A stretch of 64,000 nucleotides of DNA from Malacoraja senta. Lineage: Eukaryota. A program made the translations under genes and the position numbers. Below, one piece after another: positions 22,623 through 35,848 of the stretch (its first letter is position 1; every line of letters begins with the position of its first letter). Location: contig JAXLNO010000073.1 of the NCBI GenBank assembly GCA_038087875.1, positions 186,001 through 250,000 of the forward strand. The letters run 5' to 3'. The notes under the pieces are model-generated. The model made no database searches, had not been told where the DNA came from, and saw nothing but the letters and a program-made list of their open reading frames with translations.

Positions 22623-25340
22623 AAAAATAGCATGCACTATATATCCGCAATCGGAATTCTTCATCGACTCTTCCATCTTCACTTTCGCCTTCTAGAAGCA
22701 AGCATAACTTGATTATTAATCTTAATAAAACAGTGGTTTTAGTTTAAAGTCGTACCTTGCGCACCAAACCCTTAAAACAAGGCATGATACACAGTATATG
22801 GGCAAAAACATAACAATCCAACGGTTGGATAGCATGAAACGTATTCCTCTATGTCCGATCAACTCATGGATGTGTTGTAACAACAATGTTGAAGTGTGAA
22901 CATCCTTCGAGTGAATAACAGTTTTTTTAGCAATAAAGTTCACCGTTCGGTTTGATTTAATTTCCGGATAATTAGCAGAGATTTTAAATCCCAGCTCAAG
23001 CCTTGGCCATGCTCTGTCTGGCTTACAGAGAGATTTTAGTTCATTGATCCATCTCTTATCACTTAAGAAGCGGTTCGCTGTCAGTTCTCTGGAAACTTCA
23101 TTCGCAGGATTTTATTTGTGTTAACATATTTAAGTTGTACAACATTAGTAACTTCCAATGCTCTTTCCATTGGCAGATTGTCTTTGTCCAAATCCAACTC
23201 TCTGGTATCTTTGGCTCTATCATCTAGTGGAATGCTTTTTACAATTATCGCTGATCCACTTGGAAAGTGTGAATCCACCCTTATTGCAAAGAGAAGTCAG
23301 ATGTTCCACTGGTAGAATTGCTTCCTGCTCAGTAGACATGGATTTTAGGCAATCATCCTTGTAGAAATTATTCTTCAAAGCGATTCTTCATGAAATTTAT
23401 TATTCTCGTCAAACTTGCGTTTCAAAAGTCTGCATACTTTGCTCTGCCACACGACGATTATTCGATAAACTAACACTTTCTTGTTTGAAAGGAAAGTCCA
23501 GACAATAGTGTCCGTCAATCTTTACTGAGTAGTTCATAATATCCATTAACTTCAACTCTTCATTCGACCTCTTCAGATCCTTTGCTGGTACTTTCCTTGA
23601 AGTCATTATTGTATGGCTTCATCATCGGCTTTTGTAATTTATCAGTAGATATTTGATTAACAACAATGGTAGGATAGGTCCTCTATTTTCCAATTTCATG
23701 GTTCCTTTTCAAGGAGCCATAGATAACCCTTCCAAATCCGGTTTTTGTAGCATACGGTCCATCACCTTGTCTCCTAACAATCTGTATAGGTTCCAATGCA
23801 TTCTAAACATTCGTTCCGATAAGTAGATCAACATTAAAATGTATTTCATTTCTTGACATCCTTCAGGTAAGGCCATTGATTCAAGTCTTCATGTCTTGGT
23901 ATATTTTGACGATCAACAGGCATGGTTCCATGTGTAAACATTTCAGATATTGGTATAAAATTATATTTATCCAGACTGGATATCTCCATACTCGTAATGT
24001 AATGACTCCTGCTCACTTTATCTTTAGTCATGGTACGTAATCGAATCTTAGTCTCTTCTTCTGTGATGTCCAGCCTTCTCGTCGGGTTTTCTGTGCAAAA
24101 GGTAGTCGAACTTCCGTGATCCAGAAAAGCATACGTTTGCAACACTGTATTCGTCTTGCTGTTCCTTGCCTGTACTGGTAAGATAGAAAAGTTACAATAT
24201 CAGCAGTTACTCGAGGCAATATGATAGCATCACTGGTAGTTGGCTTCTTCGTCTGTTCTGTTTGCTCCGGTGCATCTTCTTCCATTTATTCTGATAGAAC
24301 TTCATCTATTTGTTCCAGTTCTTCTTCTTCCCAATAGTCTGGTAGCTCTTCTTCAGTGTGATGTGCTTCAGGATGGTATTACCTGCCCTTATAACAAATT
24401 ATAGGACTTAAAGTCTCTCACCATATGTCCTTTTTTTCAAATATCCAAAACAGATTCCCTTTTCTTTCAAGAAATCCATATTTTCTTCATATTCTTTCAT
24501 CTTGAATCCTCGACACCATCTTATGGTGTGACCAACTTCATCAGATAACAAACAAAATACTATTTGCTTGCTAGTAGATAGATTTCCTTTCATTCTATCT
24601 GTCTTTTCCACAGGTCTGGTTGTGATAGCAAAACTACTTTTCATAAGTTCTGATATTTCTTCAGTTCTGGTAAAGGTAGAACATTTGTTAGTTGCCAACG
24701 GTTTGTAATCTTCAATAGTCCCGAAGCGTGGCCCTAATATGTGCCATACTGCTTTGTCCAAGAAAGTCACCAGTTCTGGTAGCCTGGCCAATTGGTTCCT
24801 CTTATCCATTATTCCGCCTGCTTCGTATCTCCACCTTTCTTTCAGTCTTCTGGGCAACATGCTAAATATTGTGATCGAGTGATCGAAGCTCACGCGTCGG
24901 GGCGATCGAACACCCGCGTCGGGGCGGTCGAAGCATCTGCGGCTTGGAGCTCCCGATGTCGGTCTCTAACCAGGGTTCGCGTGCTCCACGATGTTAAAGT
25001 CCGCATGCTCCCGCGGTTGGTGCTCCCGAAGTCGATCCCCGACAGGGATCGCGAGATCCACGATGGTAAGAACGCAGATTCCCGCGGTTGCAGCTCCCCG
25101 AAGTCGGGCTCCACCAAAGGCCGCCAACTCCTTGATGTTAGCCCGCACTGCGGACGGAGATACGATACGGGGAAAAAAATCACATCTCCGTCGAGGTGAG
25201 AGATTTAAAAACGCAGCAGATGATAAACCAGGAACAGAAATCAATGGAGAAATGGCGGATGGAGTTCGTCTGGGCCAATATGAGGTGATGCAATTTGGGT
25301 GGTCGCATGTTAGGATAACATCAACAGTTAGAGTCACAGC

Positions 25341-28285
25341 TGAGGCGGCAGATTTTTATATCGTTTAAGAGATTACACCCTCTCGCCGCTAAATGGACTG
25401 CATGATTAAGGAGAATATCGTTATACGCATGCGAGCTTCCCGTCAGACACCTTCAGAGCTTCTTCACAAATACATCTTCATAACACAGTCTTTTGATTAA
25501 TAGATTCTTTATTGTTGATGAAAAACAATAAGGTACATCCAAACTTCTACCGACCCATACACTATAATCTTCATCAAACTCCAGCTTATCGCTTTAATGG
25601 TTAAAAAACTCCCTGTGTCTCCGTTACGCTTCGCATGGTCAAAGGGTATGCCTTTCCCATGCTGTTCCAAAACTAAACTAAAAACTAAGCTTCTGCGCAA
25701 GAAACTTAGCTCCAAACACGTCCTAAAATACGTCATAAATCCCACCCACAATATAACGGGCAGTCTAAAATTTAAAAACACATGCCATCATCAATGATAC
25801 ACTAAACAAGCCAAATGGCCACAACATACTGGCCCCTAATTATTGCGAGTATATAACGAGACAATTATTAATAAAAGTAGCCATGAATGCTTAACATATA
25901 TCAAAAGCAAAAAGTGAGGGAATTGAACCTCGTGGCTCCTCGTCGGTAAATTGAACACCGGTTATCCGCGTGACAGGCGGGGATACTGACCACTATACTA
26001 ACTAGGAAAAAATAGCATGCACTATATATCCGCAATCGGAATTCTTCATCGACTCTTCCATCTTCACTTTCGCCTTCTAGAAGCAAGCATAACTTGATTA
26101 TTAATCTTATTAAAACAGTGGTTTTAGTTTAAAGTCGTACCTTGCGCACCAAACCCTTAAAACAAGGCATGATACACATTATATGGGCAAAAACATAACA
26201 ATCCAACGCTTTGATAGCATGAAACGTATTCCTCTATGTCCGATCAACTCATGGATGTGTTGTAACAACAATGTTGAAGTGTGAACATCCTTCGAGAGAA
26301 TAACAGTAGTTTTAGCAATAAAGTTCACCGTTCGGTTTGATTTAATTTCCGGATAATTCGCAGAGATTTTAAATCCCAGCTCAAGCCTTGGCCATGCTCT
26401 GTCTGGCTTACAGAGAGATTTTAGTTCATTGATCCATCTTTTATCACTTAAGAAGCGGTTCGCTGTCAGTTCTCTGGAAACTTCATTCGCAGGATTTTAT
26501 TTTGTGTTAACATATTTAAGTTGTACAACATTAGTAACTTCCAATGCTCTTTCCATTGGCAGATTGTCTTTGTCCAAACCCAACTCTCTGGTATCTTTGG
26601 CTCTATCATCTAGTGGAATGCTTTCACAATTATCGCTGATCCACTTGGAAAGTGTGAATCCTCCCTTATTGCAAAGAGAAGTCAGATGTTCTACTGGTAG
26701 AATTGCTTCCTGCTCAGTAGACATGGATTTTAGACAATCATCCTTGTAGAAATTATTCTTCAAAGAGATTCTTACTTCATCAAATTTATTATTCTCGTCA
26801 AACTTGCGTTTCAAAAGTCTGGGTTCTTTGCTCTGCCACACGACGATTATTCGATAAACTAACACTTTCTTGTTTGAAAGGAAAGTCCAGACAATAGTGT
26901 CCGTCAATCTTTACTGAGTAGTTCATAATATCCATTAAATTCAACTCTTCATTCGACCTCTTCAGATCCCTTGCTGGTACTTTCCTTGAAGTCATTATTG
27001 TATGGCTTCATCGTCGGCTTTTGTAATTTATCAGTAGATATTTGATTAACAGCAATGGTAGGATAGGTCCTCTATTTTCCAATTTCATGGTTCGTTTTCA
27101 AGGAGCCATAGATAACCCTTCCAAGTCGAGTTTTTGTAGCATACAGTCCATCACCTTGGCTCCTAACAATCTGTATAGGTTCCAATGCCTTCAGAACATT
27201 CGTTCCGATAAGTAGATCAACATTAGAATTTATTTCATTTCTTGACATCCTTCAGGTAAGGCCATTGTTTCAAGTCTTCATGTCTTGGTATATTTTGACG
27301 ATCAACAGGCATGATTCCATGTGTAAACATTTCAGATATTGGTATAAAATTATATTTATCCAGACTGAATATCTCCATACTCGTAATGTAATGACTCCTG
27401 CTCACTTTATCTTTAGTCATGGTACGTAATCGAATCTTAGTCTCTTCTTCTGTGATGTCCAGCCTTCTCGTCAGGTTTTCTGTGCAAAAGGTAGTCGAAT
27501 TTCCGTGATTCAGAAAAGCATATGTTTGCAACACTGTATTCGTCTTGCTGTTCCTTTCCTGTACTGGTAAGATAGAAAAGTTACAAACTTCAACCCAGGC
27601 CCCAATATCACCAGTTACTCGAGGCAATATGATAGCATCACTAGTAGTTGGCTTCTTCGTCTGTTCAGTTTGCTCCGGTGCATCTTCTTTTATTTATTCT
27701 GATAGCTCTTCATCTATTTGTTCCAGTTCTTCTTCCCAATACTCTAGTAGCTCTTCTTCAGTGTGATGAGCTTCAGGATGGTATTACCTGCACTTACAAC
27801 AAATTATAGGACTTAAAGTCTCTCACCATATGTCCTTTTTTTCAAATATCCAAAACAGATTCCCTTCTCTTTCAAGAAATCCATCTTTTCTTCATATTCG
27901 TTCATCTTGAATCTTCGACACCATCTTATGGTGTGACCAACTTCATCAGATAACACACAAAATACCATTTACTTGCTAGTAGATAGATTTCCTTTCATTC
28001 TATCTGTCTTTTCCACAGGTCTGGTTGTGATAGCAAAACTACTTTTCATAAGTTCTGATATTTCATCAGTTCAGGTAAAGGTAGAACATTTTTTAGTTGC
28101 CAACGGTTTGTAATCTTCAATAATCCCGAAGCGTGGCCCTAATATGTACCATGCTGCTTTGTCCAAGAAATTCACCAGTTCTGGTAGCCTGGCCAATTGG
28201 TTCCTATTATCCGTTATTCCGCCTGCTTCGTATCTCCACCTTTCTTTCAGTCTTCTGGGCAACATGCTAAATATTGTGATCGAGT
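25341..28285 (-). mobile_element. BEL/Pao 3' half, copy 2 (duplicate), LTR 25341-25826
   Basis: Same motifs: TYAFLNHGNSTTFCTE, NNFYKDDCLKS, LPRRLKERWR. Confidence 0.88.
25933..26007 (-). tRNA. tRNA-Asp(GTC)-derived copy with CCA, duplicate; pseudogene
   Basis: As 22548-22622 with one further T-stem change. Confidence 0.83.
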
Positions 28286-28790
28286 GATCGAAGCTCCCGC
28301 GTCGGGGCGATCGAAGCCCCCGCGTCGGGGCGGTCGAAGCTCCTGCGGCTTGGAGCTCCAGATGTCGGTCTCTAACCAGGCTCCGCGAGCTCCACGGTGT
28401 TAAAGTCCGCACTCTCCCGCGGTTGGAGCTCCCGAAGTCGATCCCCGACAGGGATCGCGAGATCCACGATGGTAAGACCGCAGATTCCCGCGGTTGCAGC
28501 TCCCCGAAGTCGGTCTCCAGCAAAGGCCGCCAACTCCTTGATGTTAGCCCGCAGTGCGGACGGAGATACGATACGGGGGGGGAAATCACATCTCCGTCGA
28601 GGTGAGAGATTTAAAAACGTTTCCCCCAACACCCTCACCCCCTCACCCCGACCGCCCCCCACATAAAACAAGCGAAATAATACCGAAACATACATTAAAC
28701 ACATACTATCAAACGACAAAGAAGGAAGGGACAGAGACTGTTGGCGAGGCAGCCTTTGCTGGCGCCACCCTGTGGATGTCGGTAACTTCT
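28285..28790 (-). mobile_element. Unclassified GC-rich interspersed repeat (also 24880-25212 and ~54760-55215)
   Basis: Internal CGATCGAAGCTCCCGCGTCGGGG subrepeats and shared ATCTCCGTCGAGG segment in three places. Confidence 0.7.
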
Positions 28791-28799
28791 CCCTATAGC

Positions 28800-29100
28800 A
28801 AATATGTAATGCCCTAATCCAGGCATCGTCATTCTGATGAAACCTCCTCTGCACCCTCTCCAAAGCCTCCACATCCTTACTGTAAAAGGGGCCGGAATGC
28901 ACACAATACTCCAAACGCGGCCTAACCAAAGTCCTATAGAGCTGCATCCTGACTTCTTGACTCTTATGCTCTACGCACCTAACAATTAAGGCAAGCATAT
29001 CATGTGCCTTCTTTACCACTCTATCTAATTATGTTGCCACTTTCTGGGAATTGTGGAGTTCAACCACAAGGTCTCTCTGTACATCAAAGCTGCTCGTGAT
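28800..29100 (-). mobile_element. CR1 fragment
   Basis: VKKAHDMLALI..QLYRTLVRPRLEYCV. Confidence 0.8.
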
Positions 29101-30047
29101 AATCCTAGTAATTGTATATTTTCCAAAAAACCAAATTTAACACGGACAATTTTCACCCGCATTATGCCATTATTTCCCCTCTCCCGTTCGACAGAACATA
29201 AAACATATTGAACACCCGTATAGCGGGATTCAGGAACAGCTTCTTCCCCGTTGTTATCAGACAACTGAAAGGTTCTCCGATACGGTGGAGACCCGATCTC
29301 CCAACGTCCCTCAGTGCAGCCGTCGCACTGTTTTAAATTTTCATTTTCTCTGGACGTCTAAAGCTACAACGGTGCAACACTAGATTCTGTACTCTGGCAT
29401 GTTTCTCTCCCCACGACCTGTGGTACTTGTGTGTGGCTTAATTGTACTCATAGATCGTATGATTGGTCTGGATAACGCACAAAGTAAAGGGCAATATAAA
29501 GAGAGAAACTGAATACTGGACTTGATGCGCCGAATGGCCCAATTCTACTCCTATGACATGAACGTGTGATAGAAATAGAATGACTTGCTTCAATGTGTTC
29601 ACCGGCGTCTCTGTAGCTCTCTGGTGCGGAGAACTAAATCCTACCCTGAAAGAGATACCTCCCTAATTTCCGTGATGGACCTTTCTTCGGAAAGTGTCTC
29701 CCGTAACAACTCGGAGTCGTTAGTTTCAATAAGATTACATTCAACTGTTCCAAACATCAACACCTATACATTCTATACTATATCATATAGATTATATATA
29801 ATTGGACATAGACAGATCTGAAGAAGTGTCTCGAACGGAAACATCACGCATTCCTTCTCTCCAGAAATGCTGCCTGCCCCGCTGAGTTACTCCAACATTT
29901 TGTGTTTGTCTTCTGGTTAAAACACCATTCGCAGTTATTTACTACACGGTATAGATCAATTGCACTATTCGTGTTCCTCAGTTCACTAACCACCCTAGAC
30001 GTCATCCAGTTAAAGGCCCTCTAAGCTGCCTCCAACCTCACAAAGCT

Positions 30048-31340
30048 TTATTTAAGAGGGAATTAGATGTGGCCCTTGTGGCTAAAGGGGTCAGGGGGTA
30101 TGGAGAGAAGGCAGGTACGGGATACTGAGTTGGATGATCAGCCATGATCGTATTGAATGGCGGTGCAGGCTCGAAGGGCCGAATGGCCTACTCCTGCACC
30201 TATTTTCTATGTATCTATGTATCTATGTGTCCATCCAGAGACAAGGAGACCACAATTGAATGCAGTACTCCCTATGACAACGCGCTAAATGCCAATCTGG
30301 TTGGAGCAACCTACGCTAGATGAGTAGGAAGGAACTGCAGATCCCAGTTTAATCCGGAGATAGACACAGAAAGCTGGATGTAACCCAGTTGTTCGTACTC
30401 ATGAATGAGTAGGTTGACCTACGATGAGCGTTCGTCGGCAATGCGCCTGTACTCGCTGGAGTTCAGAAGACTGAGGAGGGACCGCATTGAAACATGCTTG
30501 GATAGATGGATGTGGAGAGGACGATTCCACTAGTGGGAGAGTCTAGAACTAGAGGTCATAGCCTCAGAATTAAAGGACGTTCATTTAGGAAGATGAGGAC
30601 AAAAGAAATTTAGTCAGAGGGTGATGAATCTGTGGCATTATTTGCCACAGAAGGCTGTGGAGGCAAAGTCAGTGGATAGTTTTAAGGCGGAGATGGATAG
30701 CTTATTGATTAGTGCGGGTGTCAGAGGCTATGTTGAGAACGACGGAGAATGAGGTTTAGAAAATAAGTGCAGGAGGAGGCCATTCGGCCCTTCGGGCCAG
30801 CACCGCGGGTTAGGAGGGAGAGATAGATCAGCCATGATTGAATGGAGGTGTAGACCTGTTGGGCCGAATGGCCAAATTATGACCTGATGACCTTATGACC
30901 TTATGACATTGCTAATACCAATCGTCAGGAGAAGAACAGCCGAAGATGTTAAGCAGACCAGAACGAAGTTTGTTCACCATATTATTCACAGCGAGCTAGT
31001 TATACTCGTTTTGATCGTGACTGGCAAGCAATACACCTAATACGCTGCATGTATGAACATACAGAACATAGAACAACAGAGGAACTGAGATGATGAAGAC
31101 ACTTTTCACGCAGAGGGTTGTGAATCTGTGGAATTATCTGCCACAGTAGGCATTGGAAGCCAATTAACTCGATGTTTTCAAGAGAGAGAGAGATTAGCTC
31201 CTACGGTTAACAGAATCAAGGGATATGGGGATAAAACAGGAACGGGGTACTGATTTTGGATGATCACCCATGATCATAGTGAACAGCAGTGCTGGCTTGC
31301 AGGGCCGAATGGCCTATTCCTGCACCTATTTTCGATGTTT
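30048..31340 (+). mobile_element. Cluster of CR1 3'-end fragments
   Basis: Repeated FKRELD/GYGEKAG ends with GGGCCGAATGGCCTA and simple-repeat tails. Confidence 0.75.
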
Positions 31341-31404
31341 TCTTTGGAACGGGACTTTCGTCCCAAAATGTTTGCGCCATTATGCCAAGTTAAGCTCATC
31401 TTTT

Positions 31405-31945
31405 TCTGCCTATAGATGAGGCTCTCACCAGGTTCTTCGCTATATCCCGTAGCTCCCGTAGCTCCTCTCTCACTCCCCATTCCCCCACTCGTAACAAGGG
31501 CAGAGTCCCCCTTGTCCTCACCTTCCACCCCACCAGCCGTGACATACAACAGATAATCCTTCGACATTTTCGCCACCTCCAACGGGAAGCCAACACTGGC
31601 CACATCTTCCCATCTCCTACCCTTTCGGCATTCCACAAAGACATTCCCTCCGTAACTCCCTGGTCAATTTGTCCCTTCCCACCCAAACCACCCCCTATCC
31701 TGGTACTTTCCCTTGCAACCGCAGGAAATGCTACACTTGTCGCTTTACCTCGCCCTTCGACTCCATCCAAGGACCCAAGCAGTGTTTCCATGTGAGGCAG
31801 AGGTTCAGCTGCACCTCCTCCAACCTTATATTTTGCATCCGCTGTTCCAGGTGTCCACTGCTCTACTTCGACGTGATTAAGCGCAGACTTGGCGATCGCT
31901 TCGCCCAACACCTCCGATCAGTTCGCATGAACTGATCTCCCGGAT
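31405..31945 (+). mobile_element. Penelope-like element, GIY-YIG endonuclease fragment
   Basis: GTFPCNRRKCYTC..FSCTSSNLIFCIRCSRCPLLY...KRRLGDRFAQHLRSV. Confidence 0.85.
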
Positions 31946-33100
31946 TAGTTTGCAAATTTAAAGCACACGGTATTGGGGGTTCAGTATTGATGTGGATAGA
32001 GACCTGGCAGGCAGACAGGGAGCAAAGAGTAAACGGGTCATTTTCAGAATGGCAGGCAGTGACTAGTGGGGTACCGCAAGGCTCAGTGCTGGGACCCCAG
32101 CTATTTACAATATATATTAATGATCTGGATAACGGAATTGAATGCAACATCTCCAAGTTTGCGGATCACACGAAGCTGGGGGGCAGTGTTAGCTGTGAGG
32201 AGGATGCTAGGAGGCTGCAAGGTGACTTGGATAGGTTGGGTGAGTGTGCAAATGCATGGCAGATGCAGGATAATGTGGATAAATGTGAGATTATCCACTT
32301 TGGTGGCAAAAACAAGAAAGTAGACTATTATCTGAATGGTGGCCGATTAGGAAAAGGGGAGATGCAACGAGACCTGGGAGTCATGGTACACCAATCATTG
32401 AAAGTAGGCATGCAGATGCAGCAGGCAGTGAAGAAAGCAAATGGTATGTTAGCATTCATAGCAAAAGAATTTGAGTATAAGAGCAGGGAGGTTCTACTGC
32501 GGTTGTACAGGATCTTGGTGAGACCACACCTGGAGTATTGCGTACAGTTTTGGTCTCCTGATATGAGGAAAGACATTCTTGCCATAGAGGGAGTACAGAG
32601 AAGGTTCATCAGACTGATTCCTGGGATGGCAGGACGTTCATATGAAGAAAGACTGGATAGACTCGGTTTGTACACGCTAGAATTTAGAAGATTGAGGGGG
32701 GTTCTTATAGAAACTTACTAAATTCTTAAGGGGTTGGACAGGCTAGATGTAGGAGGATTATTCCCGATGTAGGGGAAGTCCAGAACTAGGGGGTCACAGT
32801 TTAAGGATAAGAGGGAAGTCTTTTAGGACCGAGATGAGAAAATCATTTTTTACACAGAGAGTGGTGAATCTGTGCAATTCTCTGCCACAGAAGGTAGTTG
32901 AGGCCAGTTCATTGGCTATATTTAAGAGGGAGTTAGATGTGGCCCTTGTGGCTAAAGGGATCAGGGGGTATGGAGAGATGGCAGCGATGGGATACTGAGT
33001 TGGATGATCAGCCATGATCATATCGAATGGCGATGCAGGCTCGAAGGGCCGAATGGCCTACTCCTGCACTTATTTTCTATGTCTATGTCTATGTCTATGT
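31946..33100 (+). mobile_element. CR1 ORF2 RT to 3' tail
   Basis: GVPQGSVLGPQLFTIYINDL, KFADHTKLGG; (CTATGT)n tail. Confidence 0.92.
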
Positions 33101-33849
33101 CCCCTATTCCTTCGCTGCATAGATGCTGCCTCACCAGCTGAGTTTCTCCAGCATTTTATTCTACCTTTCTCTGCCTGCAAGTGATCCTCATCCCTCCATT
33201 GTCTGCACATCTACGTGGTTATCTCAGAGCCTCTCAAACGCCACAATCGTAGCTAGCAGCGCGTCCCTCTCCCATCGGGCAAGAGGTACAGAAGTGTGAA
33301 AACGCACACCTCCAGATTCAGGGACAGCTTCTTCCTAGTTCATATCAGGCAGCTGAACCATCCTACCAACAAGTAGAGCGCACTCCAAAATTACAGTATG
33401 CCTCATTGGAGACCCTCGGACTATCTTTGTTCGAACTATACTGGGCTTCAGCTAGCAATGGATGTTATTCGCTATATTTCTCTATCAAGAATCTGTACAC
33501 TGTGGACGGTTCCATGGTAATAATGTACCGTCTTTCCGCTGACTGGATAGCTCGCAACAAAAGCGGTACATGTGACAATAAACTAATGCCAGCTTCCCAC
33601 CATGCCCTGTGTAAAACACGTGTTCGGTATACCTTTAAAACATTTTAAACTCTTCCGAGTGCTCGCAGCAACCGAATTTCCACATCTCTCAAATAAATTG
33701 GAATTCCCAACCTGAAGGTCACCAAACAAGAAACGATAATTCGTATGTTTGCCTCGTCTTTTAACTATTATGTATTTAAATCCCTTTAGGTTCCAATGCT
33801 CACGCTACCATCTTTCAATTCGTTTTCCGTTAATCAATTTTCGTTTTAG

Positions 33850-34130
33850 ACTTATAACCTGGAAACAGACCCATTGGCCCACTGAGTCCACGCCGATCAA
33901 CCCGTAGAGTAGTTCTACCCTACACACCAGGGATAATTTGCAAAGCCAATTAACCTACAACACGGTTCATCTTTTCAATGTGTGTGGGTGGGACACCGCA
34001 GCACCAGGAGAAACCCCAATCGGTCACAGGAAGAACGTGCAGAATCCGCGCAGACAAGCACTACTGGTCAGGATCGAACCCGTGTCTCTGGCGCTGTTAG
34101 GCAGCAAATCTACTGCTGCGGCACCGGGCC
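33850..34130 (-). mobile_element. tRNA-derived SINE (HE1/V-SINE-like)
   Basis: GGTTCGATCCTGACC B-box on minus strand; homologous to 6790-7068. Confidence 0.7.
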
Positions 34131-34265
34131 GAAGTAAATTACCCAAATGAATGGCTAGTGGAGAAACGCCACGTTGGTCGGCGTTGGCAAGTTGGGCCCA
34201 AGGATCTGTTTACCTTTGAATCAAATTGATGTCTAAGACATATTTTTAAAAAGCCGTCTAAAATA

Positions 34266-34673
34266 TTGAGTCGGCTGGATCTCTATCCCTTGGAGCGCAG
34301 GTGGATGAGGGGTGATCTTATAGAGGTGTATAAAATCATGAGAGGAATAGATCGGTTAGATGCACAGAGTCTCTTGCCTAGAGTAGGGGAATTGAGGACC
34401 AGAGGACATAGGTTCAAGGTGAAGGGGAAAAGATTTAATAGGAACCCGAGGGTGTCTCAGAGGGTGGTGTGTGTATGCAACGAGCTTACAGGGGAGGTCG
34501 TTGAGGCTGGGACTATTCCAACGTTTCAGAAACAGTTAGACAGGTACGTGAATAGGACAGGTTTGGTGAGATATGGACCAAGCGCGGACAGGTAGTACTG
34601 GTGTAGCTGGGATATGTTGGTCGGTGTGGGCAAGTGGGAGCGAAGGGCCTGTTTCCACACTGTATGACTCTAT
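34266..34673 (+). mobile_element. CR1 3' fragment whose (GACTCTAT) tail is interrupted by the BEL LTR
   Basis: LERRWMRGDLIEVYKIMRG; ends CTGTATGACTCTAT|TGTAG. Confidence 0.85.
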
Positions 34674-35848
34674 TGTAGTGGCCATTTGGCTTGTTTTGTG
34701 TGTCATTAACTATGGCATGTGTCTTTAAATTTTAGACTGCCCGTTATATTGTGGGTGGGCATTATGACGTATTTTGGGCGTTTTAGGGCTAAGTTCCTTT
34801 CGCAGAAGCTTAGTTTTTAGTTTAGTTTGGGACCAGCATGGAGAAGGTTTACCCTTCGACCAAGCGAAGCGTAACGGAGACACGGGGAGTTTTCTAATCT
34901 TTAAAGCGATAAGCTGGAGTTCGATGAAGATTATAATGTACGAGTAGGAAGAAGCTTGGATGTACCTTATTGTTTTTCATCAACAATGAAAATTGATCAA
35001 TCAAAAGACTGTGTTTGGAAGATTTGTCTGTGAAGAAGGCATGCAGGTGCAGCAGGCAGTAAAGAAAGCGAATGGTATGTTAGCATTCATAGCAAAAGGA
35101 TTTGAGTATAGGAGCAGGGAGGTTCTACTGCAGTTGTACAGGGTCTTGGTGAGACCACACCTGGAGTATTGTGTACAGTTTTGGTCTCCTAATCTGAGGA
35201 AGGACATTCTTGCCATAGAGGGAGTACAGAGAAGATTCACCAGACTGATTCCTGGGATGTCAGGACTTTTATATGAAGAAAGACTGGATAGACTCGGCTT
35301 GTACTCGCTAGAATTTAGAAGATTTAGTGGGGATCTTATAGAAACTTACAACATTCTTAAGGGGTTGGACAGGCTAGATGCAGGAAGATTGTTCCCGATG
35401 TTCGGGAAGTCCAGAACAAGGGGTCACAGTTTAAGGATGAAGGGGAAACCTTTTAGGACTGAGATGAGAAAAACATATTTTACACAGAGAGTGGTGGATC
35501 TCTGGAATTCTCTGCCACAGAATGTAGTTGAGGCCAGTGCATTGGCTATATTTAAGAGGGAGTTAGATGTGGCCCTTGTGGCTAAAAGGATCAGGGGGTA
35601 TGGAGAGAAAGCAGGTACAGGATACTGAGTTGGATGATCAGCCATGATCATATTGAATGGCGGTGCAGTCTCGAAGTGCCGAATGGCCTACTCCTGCACC
35701 TATTTTCTATGTTTCTATGTTTCTATAAGAAGCACTGAATGTCTCTGAAGGTGAGCTTGCATGCGTATGAAGACATTCCCCTTAACCATGCAGTCCAATT
35801 AGCGGCTAGAGGGAGTACTCTTGAAGGAGAGAAAAATCTGCCGTTACA
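34674..35848 (+). repeat. BEL/Pao 5' LTR with nested CR1 (35039-35726, AAGAAG target duplication)
   Basis: TGTAGTGG...GTTACA; colinear with the reverse complement of 21956-22441 once the CR1 is removed. Confidence 0.85.

Larger units (their letters stand above)
21956..24880 (-). mobile_element. BEL/Pao LTR retrotransposon 3' half, copy 1 (gag C-term, protease, deleted RT/IN, PPT, 3' LTR)
   Basis: LPRRLKERWR, FLKEKGICFG (gag); TYAFLDHGSSTTFCTE (protease); NNFYKDDCLKS (RT); RLIIKLCLLLE (IN end); PPT-like AATTAGGGGCCAGTA before the LTR. Confidence 0.88.
21828..28618. repeat. Tandem segmental duplication, two units offset by 3385 bp (21828-25212, 25213-28618)
   Basis: Landmarks recur at +3385 (LTR 21956/25341, tRNA 22551/25936); scattered substitutions and small indels between units. 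Confidence 0.95.
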
